From positions 192,001 through 256,000 of the forward strand of contig CAVQBA010000007.1 in NCBI GenBank assembly GCA_963710605.1: 64,000 bases of DNA. The letters are read 5' to 3'. The stretch comes from an uncultured cyanobacterium (GTDB lineage Bacteria > Cyanobacteriota > Cyanobacteriia > Cyanobacteriales > Cyanobacteriaceae). Below, piece by piece: positions 21,054 through 35,305 of this stretch (its first letter is position 1; each line of letters opens with the position of its first letter). The notes under the pieces were generated by a model. It searched no databases and was not told the origin of the DNA. It worked only from the letters and a program-made list of their open reading frames with translations. Made by a program: the position numbers and the translations under genes.

Positions 21054-24000
21054 TTAATTTTTGAAAGTTTTTTCTATCTGTAAGATTTTTTCTGTAGGTT
21101 TTTTTTGCTCTTTATTACGTAACTTACCAAACCAATGTAAAAAGTTATCAACATAACAAAAAGTGACCGGTACAACAATTAAAGTAAAAAGAGTTGAGGT
21201 AGTAAAACCACCAATAACAGCGATCGCCATCGGACTTCTAACTTCTCCATCTGCCCCAAAAGCCATCGCAATCGGTAACATTCCTGCAATAGTAGAAATT
21301 GATGTCATAACGATCGGACGTAAACGAGACGTACCAGCATAGATAATTGCTTGAAACTGTGACTTACCATCCTTCATCCCTGAAAGAGCAAAATCTACTA
21401 ATAAAATCGCATTTTTAGTTACTAAACCTAATAACAAGACAATACCAATTAATGCAAATAATCCTAACTCTTTTTGAGTGACCAACAAACCAATTAATGC
21501 TCCACCGATCGATAAAGGTAAAGCCGCTAAAATAGCCCAAGGATAAAGAAAATTACTGTAAAGTAAAACCAAAATTGCGTAGATACAACAGATAGCCAAA
21601 GCAACCGCCCCTAAAAAACGAGTAAAAATATCTCGCATTATTTCTGCATCTCCCGCTGGTTCTTCTGAAACACCCGCAGGAAGGGGGTTCATTGCTGGTA
21701 AACTTTTAACTTCATCCAAAGCAGTACCAAGAGCAATACCTTCTAAATTTGCTCCTAACTGTACTTGTCTTTGACGATTATAACGCTTAATTTCCGCAGG
21801 CCCACTACCTAAACTAATATCAGCAACACTATCCAAACTAACTAAAGAGCCATTATTAGTCGGTATTTTTAAGTTTTTCAGTATATTTATATCATTACGA
21901 TAAATCGGATTAATTTGGACACGAATTGGTATTTGACGATCGGGTAAATTGTATTTAGCTAAATTAAAATCATTATCACCAATAGTGGCAATTGAAGCTG
22001 TACGAGCGATCGACGTTACCGAAACACCCAAGTCTGCCGCTCTTTTAAAGTTAGGTTGAATAATAATTTCGGGTTTTACCAAACTAGCACTAGAAGATAC
22101 TTCCACTAATCCTGGGATTTCTTTCATTTGGCTTTCTAGTTGTTGAGATGTGTTAGTTAAAACTTCGCCGTTATCGCTTTTAAGTACGATCGTCAAATCC
22201 TTACTACTTCCCCCTGCACCTTGAGATTGAAACGTAATCCTTGCCCCCGGTATTTGAGCAAAAACTGGTCGCATCTCAGATTGAAATTCTTGTAAACTAA
22301 TATTTCTTTCTTCTTTAGGTATTAAGTTGATATACATTGTCGCTGTATTCAAACTAGAGCCACCTACATCAGCTAAAACAGTTTTTACAACAGGATTTGC
22401 TAATAATTTGTCCTTAACTTCTGTTGTCACTTCTTCTGTCGCAATCAAACTAGCACTAGGTGGTAACTCTACATTAACAGTACTTAATCCTTGATCTGCT
22501 TCGGTAAATAAACCTTTAGGGATATAAGGTAGCAACTGTAAACTAGCGACAAAAAATATTATTGCCATTGCTAAAGTAGTTAATTTGTGACGTAATGCCC
22601 AAGTTAACACACTACGATAAGGAGTTAGTTTCTTCCTATTATTACGATCGTTTTTTGGTAACGGTTTAGACTTTAATAAATAAGCACTCAACATCGGAGT
22701 CATTGTCGTCGCTACCAAAGTAGAAAACATCGTCGCCACCGCTACAGTTACACCAAAAGGTTGGAAAAACTGCCCTGGGATACCACCCATAAAAGCAACA
22801 GGTAAAAATACAGCGACAATTGTTGCTGTTGTTGCTACCACTGCTAAACCAATTTCTCTAGCCGCATCCATCGCCGCTTGATAGGGTTTTTTGCCCATAC
22901 TCAAATGCTGATCGATATTTTCAATCATACAAATAGCATCATCAACCAAGTTACCCATAGCTAAAGCTAAAGCTAATAGACTCATCCCGTTGAGAGTATA
23001 TCCTAACCATTCCATTACTAAAAACGTTGGAATAATAGATAAAGGTAAAGCCAAACCTGTAATTAAAGTCGCTCTCCAATCTCTGAGGAAAATACCGACA
23101 CTAATAACTGTTAAAATTGAACCAATAACTAACGAACCAATCGTACTTTCATAAGAAGCCTTAATAGCAGTCGCACGAGTGAAAATTAATTCTATCTTTA
23201 TATCTTCAGGTAAAGTTTGTCTTAATTCGGCTATTTTTTCTTCGACATTATCGGCTACACTAACCAAAGTTGTACCCGTTCCTCGTAGTACAGAAAAACC
23301 AACAACTGCTTCTTGATTAAAATAAGCTGATTGTGTCGCCTCTCCAAAGCCATCAACTACATTACCTAAATCTCTTAATTTAATTTGACTACCATCATTA
23401 AGTACAATCGGGTATTCGGCTAAATTAGTTACTTGTGAAGCACTACCAAGGGTACGAATATTCTGCTCTCTCGAGCCAACTTGAGATTTACCTCCTGAAA
23501 GATTAAGGTTAAGCTCACTGATTTGTCGATTAACTTCTGTAGTTGTTATACCGTAAGCCAATAAACGGCTTGGTTCTAAATCTACTCTTATTTCTTGTTC
23601 TAATCCACCTATCCTTCTAATCTGAGCCACACCTGATACGTTGGCTAAATCTCTGGCAATACGTCTATCTACGAAGTCGGTTAATTGCTCTACATTTCTT
23701 TGTTGTGAAGAAACTACATAAGTCATAATCGAACCCCCCGCAAAATCTAGTTTACGAACAATCGGTTCATTTATGTCTGCTGGTAACTCTTGTCTGATTT
23801 GAGCGATCGCATTACGAACATCATTAGTTGCTTGATTTGCATCTGCATTTAACTCAAATTCGATCGTTGTCGTTGAGCTACCATCGGTTACTGTCGAACT
23901 AATATTATCAACAAAATTAATACTTGCCACAGCATCTTCTACTTCTTGCGTTACTTGTGATTCTAATTCTTGTGGCACCGCTCCCCTTTGAGAAATATTC

Positions 24001-24146
24001 ACTTGTACCACAGCAATATCAATATTAGGTTGAGCATCAATTCCCAAACCTAAAAACGATATGATGCCAAAAACACCCAAACAAAGAAAAAGAACTAAAA
24101 TTGAGACTGGATTTTTGACCGACCATGTAGAAACGTGAAATGACAT
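21054..24146 (-). CDS. RND efflux transporter permease (AcrB/AcrD/AcrF family)
   Basis: 1030 aa with GNLVDDAI..IENI, KNAILLVDF and RLRPIVMTS. Confidence 0.93.
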   Translation of the reverse strand: MSFHVSTWSVKNPVSILVLFLCLGVFGIISFLGLGIDAQPNIDIAVVQVNISQRGAVPQELESQVTQEVEDAVASINFVDNISSTVTDGSSTTTIEFELNADANQATNDVRNAIAQIRQELPADINEPIVRKLDFAGGSIMTYVVSSQQRNVEQLTDFVDRRIARDLANVSGVAQIRRIGGLEQEIRVDLEPSRLLAYGITTTEVNRQISELNLNLSGGKSQVGSREQNIRTLGSASQVTNLAEYPIVLNDGSQIKLRDLGNVVDGFGEATQSAYFNQEAVVGFSVLRGTGTTLVSVADNVEEKIAELRQTLPEDIKIELIFTRATAIKASYESTIGSLVIGSILTVISVGIFLRDWRATLITGLALPLSIIPTFLVMEWLGYTLNGMSLLALALAMGNLVDDAICMIENIDQHLSMGKKPYQAAMDAAREIGLAVVATTATIVAVFLPVAFMGGIPGQFFQPFGVTVAVATMFSTLVATTMTPMLSAYLLKSKPLPKNDRNNRKKLTPYRSVLTWALRHKLTTLAMAIIFFVASLQLLPYIPKGLFTEADQGLSTVNVELPPSASLIATEEVTTEVKDKLLANPVVKTVLADVGGSSLNTATMYINLIPKEERNISLQEFQSEMRPVFAQIPGARITFQSQGAGGSSKDLTIVLKSDNGEVLTNTSQQLESQMKEIPGLVEVSSSASLVKPEIIIQPNFKRAADLGVSVTSIARTASIATIGDNDFNLAKYNLPDRQIPIRVQINPIYRNDINILKNLKIPTNNGSLVSLDSVADISLGSGPAEIKRYNRQRQVQLGANLEGIALGTALDEVKSLPAMNPLPAGVSEEPAGDAEIMRDIFTRFLGAVALAICCIYAILVLLYSNFLYPWAILAALPLSIGGALIGLLVTQKELGLFALIGIVLLLGLVTKNAILLVDFALSGMKDGKSQFQAIIYAGTSRLRPIVMTSISTIAGMLPIAMAFGADGEVRSPMAIAVIGGFTTSTLFTLIVVPVTFCYVDNFLHWFGKLRNKEQKKPTEKILQIEKTFKN

Positions 24147-24432
24147 AATTACTTAGTTACTGCCGATCTTAATCAGCTTTTATGGTGAAGTTTTGTAAAC
24201 TGAATAACCTTGATTATATCATTGACAATAATTTTCTATTCTAAGTTTAATATACGTGTAAATTGGATATTAATATCTCGAGAACAGTTAGATGATAATT
24301 TAGATAGATACACATCAGATTCGATCGTAATCCCTGAAAACATTTGCATTTTTTAAAAGTCATTCAAAGTCTTACCCAACAACAATCTTAAGCTAAATAT
24401 TTTTATGCTTGAAAAAAACATTTGCGAAAAAG

Positions 24433-24461
24433 TTGACAGTCGAGAAAATAGTGGTTATATT
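24433..24461 (+). promoter_or_regulatory. rrn operon sigma70-type promoter
   Basis: TTGACA-N17-TATATT, followed by boxA-like GAACCTCGACAAC at 24506-24518. Confidence 0.75.
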
Positions 24462-24658
24462 AGTAATTGTGCGTTTGAGACATCAACACCTCGAAGTCGC
24501 ACATTGAACCTCGACAACTTGATATTTTTTCTAGCAATCATTAGAAATATTTTCATAACATAAAACCTTGTCAAAAAATAGTTAAATTAAAAAACAGGAA
24601 TAAGTCAATCATTATAAGTAGAAGCAACAATATGTTGCCCAAACCGAAGTGGTTAACT

Positions 24659-26150
<1,492 letters not shown>

Positions 26151-26242
26151 TAAGGGAGACTCTAATTAATGGAGTCAGCAAGGAAAAGAAAATAAAAAAA
26201 GTGAATTGCTAGAGAAAATAGAGAGATTGAGGGGGTTACAAT

Positions 26243-26316
<74 letters not shown>

Positions 26317-26320
26317 TGAT

Positions 26321-26396
26321 GGGGGTATAGCTCAGCTGGTAGAGCGCCTGCTTTGCAAGCAGGATGTCAGCGGTTCAAGTCCGCTTACTTCCACCA
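26321..26396 (+). tRNA. trnA: tRNA-Ala (TGC), CCA encoded
   Basis: GGGGGTATAGCTCAG...CTTTGCAAG...GGTTCAAGTCCGCTTACTTCCACCA; G3:U70 present. Confidence 0.97.
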
Positions 26397-26430
26397 AAGA
26401 AAGAAAAAATAGAGAAAGAGAATTATTATT

Positions 26431-26495
26431 CAGCACCGTATCGAATAGCGAGCGAATGCTGGACTGATAAAAGTTCAGAGAATGAACCTTGAAAA
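26431..26495 (+). promoter_or_regulatory. ITS antitermination boxB and boxA
   Basis: CAGCA...TGCTG hairpin (26431-26461) and GAACCTTGAAAA (26484-26495). Confidence 0.75.
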
Positions 26496-26554
26496 CTGCA
26501 TAGAAAAGAAAGATGAACGAAGACTCAATTAAATTGGATTGAGTTCAAGTGAAA

Positions 26555-29340
<2,786 letters not shown>

Positions 29341-29444
29341 AAAAAAAAGCATTTGAATCAAGAAGGAAATGAAATTGAGTCGGAAGTAATCGGGAAATCT
29401 ATGCAGTCTTGAGGGGGATTTAAAGTAATCCTTTTCCAAGCAAT

Positions 29445-29562
29445 AGCTGGTGTGTGCAGCGTTGTGGAACCACTACGAACCATCTCGAACTCGTGTGTGA
29501 AACGCAACAGCGGCGACGATACTGCGGGGGTAGCCCTTTGGGACAATAGTTCCATGCCAGCT
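29445..29562 (+). rRNA. rrf: 5S rRNA
   Basis: AGCTGGTGT...CCATCTCGAACTCG..GTGAAAC...ATGCCAGCT terminal helix. Confidence 0.93.
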
Positions 29563-29584
29563 TAATCAATCGAATCTCAAAACC

Positions 29585-29620
29585 AAAAAAGAACTCTTTA
29601 ACACAAGGGTTCTTTTTTTT
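29585..29620. terminator. Intrinsic (likely bidirectional) terminator after the rrn operon
   Basis: A6-GAACTCTT-loop-AAGGGTTC-T8, between convergent rrf and stpA. Confidence 0.75.
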
Positions 29621-29636
29621 GTCCTAATAAATATGA

Positions 29637-30914
29637 TTATTGATTACTTAAAGTTTCTTTTTTATTAGCGATAGAGGTAAAAAACTGACAATACTGTTTA
29701 TAACCTTGAGGAAAAACTAAGTTTATTTTTAAAGGTTCGTCTAAATCTTGTGGTAGTTCTGGTCGTTCTGTTACTTTTGGTATATTATTAACCATCTCTA
29801 CGTTTATTTTTTTGCGATTTTTTACTTCTCCTCCAGAACTATCGACATAAGTAATAATATTATCTTTATTGTATCTTTTACCAATATCTTGTATTAATTG
29901 TAAGAAATTTCGATCGCTTCCTCCTCTTCTAATCACTTTTTGACCATCTTCGAAACTAATTTGACTATTTACAGTATCACCAACCCCCATTATTAAAGGC
30001 ATAAATTCTGGACTAAAACGCTCTTCGATAAGGTCTAAAAGGTCATTTTGATTAAAAGAAACTTGACGAGGACTAAAATACTCACCTAGAGGATATTCGC
30101 CTGTACGAAGATGATAGTAATAATTAAGTAAATACAAAACACCTGCTTCTTTAACTGCACCTTTGAGCATAAATTGGAAATCTGTAGTACCAGAATCATT
30201 AATTGTGGCAGGACGCATAATTTCTAATCCTTGCTCATCTCTCCCTAGATTAGGTGCATAATGAACGAAAAAAGATTTTTCTAACCCTTCTTTTTCTGCT
30301 TTATTTAATAATTGATCCATTAATTCGGCTACCATTTTTTGTAGTTTGATATAAATTTCAGGATGAGATTCTAAAACAGAAAAAAATGTATTGAGGTTAA
30401 CTGTAGGAGAAACCGCATTATTAAGAATAACAGCATCGAGAGCTTGATTGACTGTTTCAGTAGATAAAAAAGAAGCCTGTTGTTGACAAAATTCGGTTAT
30501 TTTACGACGAAAAAAATTAGGTATATCAGCTAAAAAATCTAATTCTAATTCTGTAACGCCAGGGTAATCGATATTACCTTCGTTATCTTGCCATTGCACT
30601 CCTCCTGCGGCTAAACCTGGTAAATATTTAGGGTGAGAAACATTTGCTTTTTCTGCTGCTTGATCAATAATAGAATTGACACCAAATTTACCAATGTGTT
30701 CGCCGTTAGTTAAAACAAAAAAATGATTAGCTAGTTTTTGAGCGGCTTCTACATAAGCATAATCAATAACTCTGGTGAAAGGATTTTTGACTAAACCCAT
30801 ACAAACACCATCTAAATCCTGAATGATGAGCAAGTTTTCTGTATTGATTAGTTTTTCAGAGAATAAGTCATGCTTTAAGGAAAGAGATAATTGATTAAGA
30901 TGAGAGTAAGCCAT
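29637..30914 (-). CDS. stpA: Glucosylglycerol 3-phosphatase (StpA/GgpP)
   Basis: IIQDLDGVCMGLV, LTNGEH, GLAAGGVQWQ, HYAPNLGRD and RRGGSDRNFL. Confidence 0.92.
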   Translation of the reverse strand: MAYSHLNQLSLSLKHDLFSEKLINTENLLIIQDLDGVCMGLVKNPFTRVIDYAYVEAAQKLANHFFVLTNGEHIGKFGVNSIIDQAAEKANVSHPKYLPGLAAGGVQWQDNEGNIDYPGVTELELDFLADIPNFFRRKITEFCQQQASFLSTETVNQALDAVILNNAVSPTVNLNTFFSVLESHPEIYIKLQKMVAELMDQLLNKAEKEGLEKSFFVHYAPNLGRDEQGLEIMRPATINDSGTTDFQFMLKGAVKEAGVLYLLNYYYHLRTGEYPLGEYFSPRQVSFNQNDLLDLIEERFSPEFMPLIMGVGDTVNSQISFEDGQKVIRRGGSDRNFLQLIQDIGKRYNKDNIITYVDSSGGEVKNRKKINVEMVNNIPKVTERPELPQDLDEPLKINLVFPQGYKQYCQFFTSIANKKETLSNQ

Positions 30915-31113
30915 AATTTAATTGAGAGTTTTGAAAATAAAAGGTAAAGACAAAAGTTTAGTAAAGATTTTTCGATAATTACTTTATTTGTTTAAAACTA
31001 TAGCAACAAATGGTTAGTTGGGTAAATTTCTCTTGAGACTAAAAGTAAATACATTAGCCGTAAGGAATACAGTTTGAGATAGTTTAAATAGATTAAGAAG
31101 AGAATTGGTGAAC

Positions 31114-31274
31114 TATAGTTGTTTAAATTAAGTTTGAGACAGTATAAAAACAGTATAAACAAGAACATAGAACTCGCCTTGGGTATAAATTGACAAGGCT
31201 AATAGATACCGTTTAATAAATTAAACTTTAATTTTAGCTTCAAAATTGTCTCACCGTTATTTTAAATGACTATA
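31114..31274. mobile_element. MITE-like element family 2
   Basis: Imperfect TIRs TATAGTTGTTTAAATTAAGTTTGAGACA ... TGTCTCACCGTTATTTTAAATGACTATA and an internal GCCTTG..CAAGGC hairpin. Related ends occur at 6806 and 15128. Confidence 0.6.
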
Positions 31275-31311
31275 TATATAAATTCAATACCACCTTTAGG
31301 AAATAATTATT

Positions 31312-31641
31312 ATGTCTGTCTATGCATTTATTTTAAATCCGATAAATAGACAAGAAAAAAGCTTATCTTTTCCTGTTGCCACTGAATCATTTTTTTACAA
31401 AGTCTGGATGTTAGGTTGCAAGTCTTTAAGACTTAGTTGGATACCATTATTTGCGACTGGAATAGACGTTACAAAAGAAGATTTATTTTCGCTCCAAATT
31501 GAACTTCAATTGTTGAAGAAATGGGCTAAAAACAATCTTTGTGAAAATAAATTTGAACAAATAGAAGCCCGAATAAATCTTTGTGAAAAACAGTTACCGA
31601 AAATGTTTATTAGAAAGGATGCAATCGTTTTTATGGGATAA
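31312..31641 (+). CDS. Hypothetical protein
   Basis: 109-aa ORF with AGGA RBS and no recognised motif. Confidence 0.7.
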   Translation: MSVYAFILNPINRQEKSLSFPVATESFFYKVWMLGCKSLRLSWIPLFATGIDVTKEDLFSLQIELQLLKKWAKNNLCENKFEQIEARINLCEKQLPKMFIRKDAIVFMG

Positions 31642-31737
31642 TTATATCAAAGAGCAAAAGATAAGAGGCAAAAGTTAGTTAATAGTTGATAGTTAATAGT
31701 TGACAATTAACAATACTTCTTACTCGTTACTCATTAC

Positions 31738-32862
31738 TTAAACTTCTGCTATAGGAAGAGAAAAAGAAAAATTACTACCTTTATCTAACTCACTAGTAAC
31801 TTCAATTTGTCCATTTTGTAATTCGACTAATTTTTTGGTAATAGCCAAGCCAATACCACTACCACCAGAATAACTCGATCGAGAACAATCGGCACGCCAA
31901 AATCTTTCAAAGATATGAGGTAAATCTTCAGTAGAAATACCAACACCTGTATCAATGATTGAAACCCAGACAAAAGGGAAATCTACTTTAGCTTTGACGG
32001 TGATTGAGCCTTGATGAGTATAACGAATCGCATTACCTAATAAATTAACTAAAATTTGTTGAGTTCGATCGCGATCGGCTATAACTAAAGGTAAGGAAGG
32101 AGGGCAATTTATTTTTAATATTGGCCCATCTTCTAAAAGTTGATCACTAAAACGCTCGACGAGAGATTTGAGTAAAGTAATTATATTAAAAGGTTTTAAC
32201 TCTAATAAAATATATCCTGCCTCAGCTTTGGATAACTCTTGTAAATCACGAGTTAATCTTTCTAGTCTTTTTGTTTCGGCTACTAAATTTGAATATAATT
32301 CGGGAGTGCCTTCTATATCTCCTGTGGCTAATTCTTCTAAGTAACCTCTAACTACAGTTAAAGGTGTACGTAACTCATGAGTCAAATCACTAACTAATTC
32401 TCTTCTACGTGACTCAACATCTTGTAAACCACTAGCCATACGATTAAAACTAACACTCAATTGGTTTAATTCAGGGATTTCACTTTCTGGCATTCTTTCT
32501 TGCAAATCACCTGCGGCGAAATCTTGGGTAATTTGTCGCATTTTTTGTAACGGTTGCATAATTCGGTGACTTAGATAATAACTTAAAACACCTGCGGTAC
32601 TACCACCAACGATTAATGACCACCATGTACTACGATTCCAAGCTGTTTCAAAGCCATCAATCAAATATGTTTTCGCCAATCGAAATGTGATAAAACCTTT
32701 TCTTTCTAGTTGTTCTAATCTTAAAACAAAAAATTGCGGGGAAGACAATTTGGCAACAAAAATAAATGTACCTAACCCTACCATCATTACTGCTAAGTGA
32801 GAGAAAAGTAATCTGGTTGCTAAACTAAAGTTGGGGTTATCTTCTGATTTTGATGGCTTCAT
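31738..32862 (-). CDS. Membrane HAMP-domain sensor histidine kinase
   Basis: Two TM segments, HAMP, THELRTPLT, NLLGNAIRYT, DTGVG and GSGIGLAI. Confidence 0.92.
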   Translation of the reverse strand: MKPSKSEDNPNFSLATRLLFSHLAVMMVGLGTFIFVAKLSSPQFFVLRLEQLERKGFITFRLAKTYLIDGFETAWNRSTWWSLIVGGSTAGVLSYYLSHRIMQPLQKMRQITQDFAAGDLQERMPESEIPELNQLSVSFNRMASGLQDVESRRRELVSDLTHELRTPLTVVRGYLEELATGDIEGTPELYSNLVAETKRLERLTRDLQELSKAEAGYILLELKPFNIITLLKSLVERFSDQLLEDGPILKINCPPSLPLVIADRDRTQQILVNLLGNAIRYTHQGSITVKAKVDFPFVWVSIIDTGVGISTEDLPHIFERFWRADCSRSSYSGGSGIGLAITKKLVELQNGQIEVTSELDKGSNFSFSLPIAEV

Positions 32863-32870
32863 TTAGTTAA

Positions 32871-33098
32871 GAGTAAGGAGTAAGGAGTAAGGAGTAAGGA
32901 GTAAGGAGTAAGGAGTAAGGAGTAAGGAGTAAGAAGTAAGGAGTAAGAAGTAAGAAGTAAGGAGTAAGGAGTAAGAAGTAAGAAGTAAGAAGTAAGGAGT
33001 AAGGAGTAAGGAGTAAGGAGTAAGGAGTAAGAAGTAAGGAGTAAGGAGTAAGGAGTAAGGAGTAAGGAGTAAGAAGTAAGGAGTAAGGAGTAAGGAGT
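32871..33098. repeat. Heptamer tandem array (GAGTAAG/AAGTAAG) x32, STRR-type
   Basis: Counted directly: 24 GAGTAAG and 8 AAGTAAG units plus a partial unit. Confidence 0.97.
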
Positions 33099-33220
33099 GT
33101 TAATTGTTAGTTACAATCGCTATTATTATATAATTTAGCTTCTATCTATCATATCCTTTTCTATAAATACTAATCGATCGCTGAAAATGATTTGTTTGGC
33201 TATTCTCCATTTCGGATTAT

Positions 33221-33974
33221 TTAATTAGCCGCTCGAGATTGATTAACAGAATAACAAAAACGATCGCCACGAGAAATAGATTGACCATGAACTAGAACAA
33301 GATTATCCTTGCTATAAGCAGTGTGTCGATACACTAATAGGGGATGTCCTAAAGATACATCTAAATATTCACTTAGTTCTAAGTTAGCATTGGTACATTC
33401 AATTATCGCTTCAACTCGATCGATTTTCCAGTCATTATTCTCTAAGACAGAAAAAGTCATTTTGTTTCTAACTGCACTAATTAAAGGTTGACCAACTTCT
33501 GACAACATATAAGTAATATCTACACATCCTGCTACACCATCAATGAGTAATAGTTTTTTTTGTTCTAAGGCAATCTGGTTATCTACAGGTAATTTTAAAA
33601 TTTGAGCAATTTCTTTAGAAACGACTACGGGTTGTAAACTAATATTGTTGATTGATAGTTCTATTCCTTGATTATTCAAATCATCGGCTAAAAAAACTAA
33701 CGGGTTACCAAGTTGATAAGTTACTTTTCGCACTATATTAACAAATGCGCCTTTCCCTTGTTTGGTGATCACAACTCCCTGATTGGACTAAATTAGCGAT
33801 CGCTTTTCTAATCGTAATACGACTTACTTTCCATTGTTTGATTAATTCTCTTTCACTAGGTAATTTATCGCCCGATGAATAATGACCATCAAGTATCTGT
33901 TGATATATATATTCAGAGATATATAAATGAAAAGGTATTTGTTTTTGTTTGTTTGTCATACTTATTTTGCTCAT
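33221..33974 (-). CDS. GntR family regulator, HutC subfamily (wHTH + UTRA); frameshifted near 33786
   Basis: KLPSERELIKQWKVSRITIRKAI HTH. Removing one base joins it to GVVITKQGKGAFV and a UTRA domain (..SISRGDRF). Confidence 0.85.
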
Positions 33975-34026
33975 CAACAATTAACTCTTCAAGTCATTGT
34001 CAATCGTCTAGAGTTTACTGTCAATT

Positions 34027-34086
34027 TTGTCACTTGTTATAACAAGTTGCTATAATGAGTAAAATTTCACTTGTCATAACAAGTTG
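34027..34086 (+). promoter_or_regulatory. Sigma70-type promoter overlapped by two palindromic GntR-type operators
   Basis: TTGTCA (34027) and TGnTATAAT (34048-34056); ACTTGTTATAACAAGT (34032-34047, perfect palindrome) and ACTTGTCATAACAAGT (34069-34084). Confidence 0.8.
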
Positions 34087-34222
34087 TTGGAAAATGAAAT
34101 TATGAATACAAAACCAATCAGAAAAAAGAGTAACAAAATCAACGAAGCTCAGCAGCTTACTAGATAGATTACCTAAACCAGGTGTGGATACATTACCAAC
34201 TTCTTTAAATCAAGATCGATAA

Positions 34223-35139
34223 GTGAATCAGTCAAGTCAAATACTCAATTTAGGAAAAAAATACTCACACCCCAACAATTAAAACAATTAAACACTCGTT
34301 CTAATCTACAAGGTTTAAAACAATTAGCGGTCATTTGTTAGTAATTATTGCAAGTGGGTTTTTATGGAGTACGACTGAGAATTGGTTAATTAAAATACCG
34401 ATGTTGATTATTTATGGTTTTAGTTTAGCGACAATGTTTGCACCTGTTCATGAATGTTCTCATGGTACTGCTTTTAGTAACGATCGTCTTAATAAAGTAG
34501 TAGGTTGGTTTGCAGGAGTTTTGTCTTTATATAACAGTATTTTTTATCGTCACTATCACAAATGGCATCATAAATATACCCAAATTGCTGGTAAAGATCC
34601 AGAATTAGAAGATTTCAAACCTCGTAATTTATCGAGAATATATTTTAGAAATTAGTGGTTTTAATTGGTGGGTAGGTAAAATTAAAACTCATTATCGGGT
34701 AGCCACAGGAAAATTAGATCATTGTCCTTATATTTTAGAGAATGCCAAAAAAGATGTCATCAATTCGACAAGATTACAACTTAGTGTTTATGCAATTTTA
34801 TTAATAGTTAGTATTGTGTTTAAACAGCCTTGGTTTTTTAGTTTGTGGTTATTACCTTTAGCTGTGGGGCAACCTTTGTTACGGATGATTATTTTAGCCG
34901 AACATTGGGGTTGTAGTGACGATAATAATCTTTTGACTAATACACGGACTACTTTAACTATTTTGCCGATTCAATTTTTGATGTGGAATATGCCTTTTCA
35001 TGCCGAGCATCATTTATATCCTTCGATTCCTTTTCATCGAATCTCGATCGCTCATCAACAACTAAAAGAGCATTTTACTGTAATCGATCGAGGTTATCTT
35101 AATGTTCATCGAAAACAATTCAAAACGATCGATAATTAA
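34223..35139 (+). CDS. Fatty-acid-desaturase-superfamily membrane di-iron enzyme (MocD/rhizopine oxygenase-like); three frameshifts
   Basis: His boxes HECSH, HYHKWHH and HAEHH. Frames join with indels near 34258 (A7 run), 34329 and 34635 to give about 305 aa. The GTG start is inferred. Confidence 0.78.
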
Positions 35140-35305
35140 GCTTTGCATTGGAGTTTATAATCCTCTCATATCTAAATCAGGATTTTACATGATTTAAGGA
35201 TTGGCAAGATTATTTTTTTGATTAATTATGCCGATTTTATTTAATTCGATCGATTCATAAGGTTTACAGGCATTTTTAAATGAACAAAAGATAATTTATA
35301 GATCA

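Noticed and set aside
32871..33098. Possible CRISPR array
   Set aside because: Contiguous 7-bp units with no unique spacers, and no cas genes in the window.
34094..34222. Stop-codon readthrough or selenocysteine at TGA 34103 (ATG AAA TTA TGA is in frame with the peptide ORF)
   Set aside because: No SECIS-like hairpin evident; a one-base indel after ATG 34102 explains it as well.
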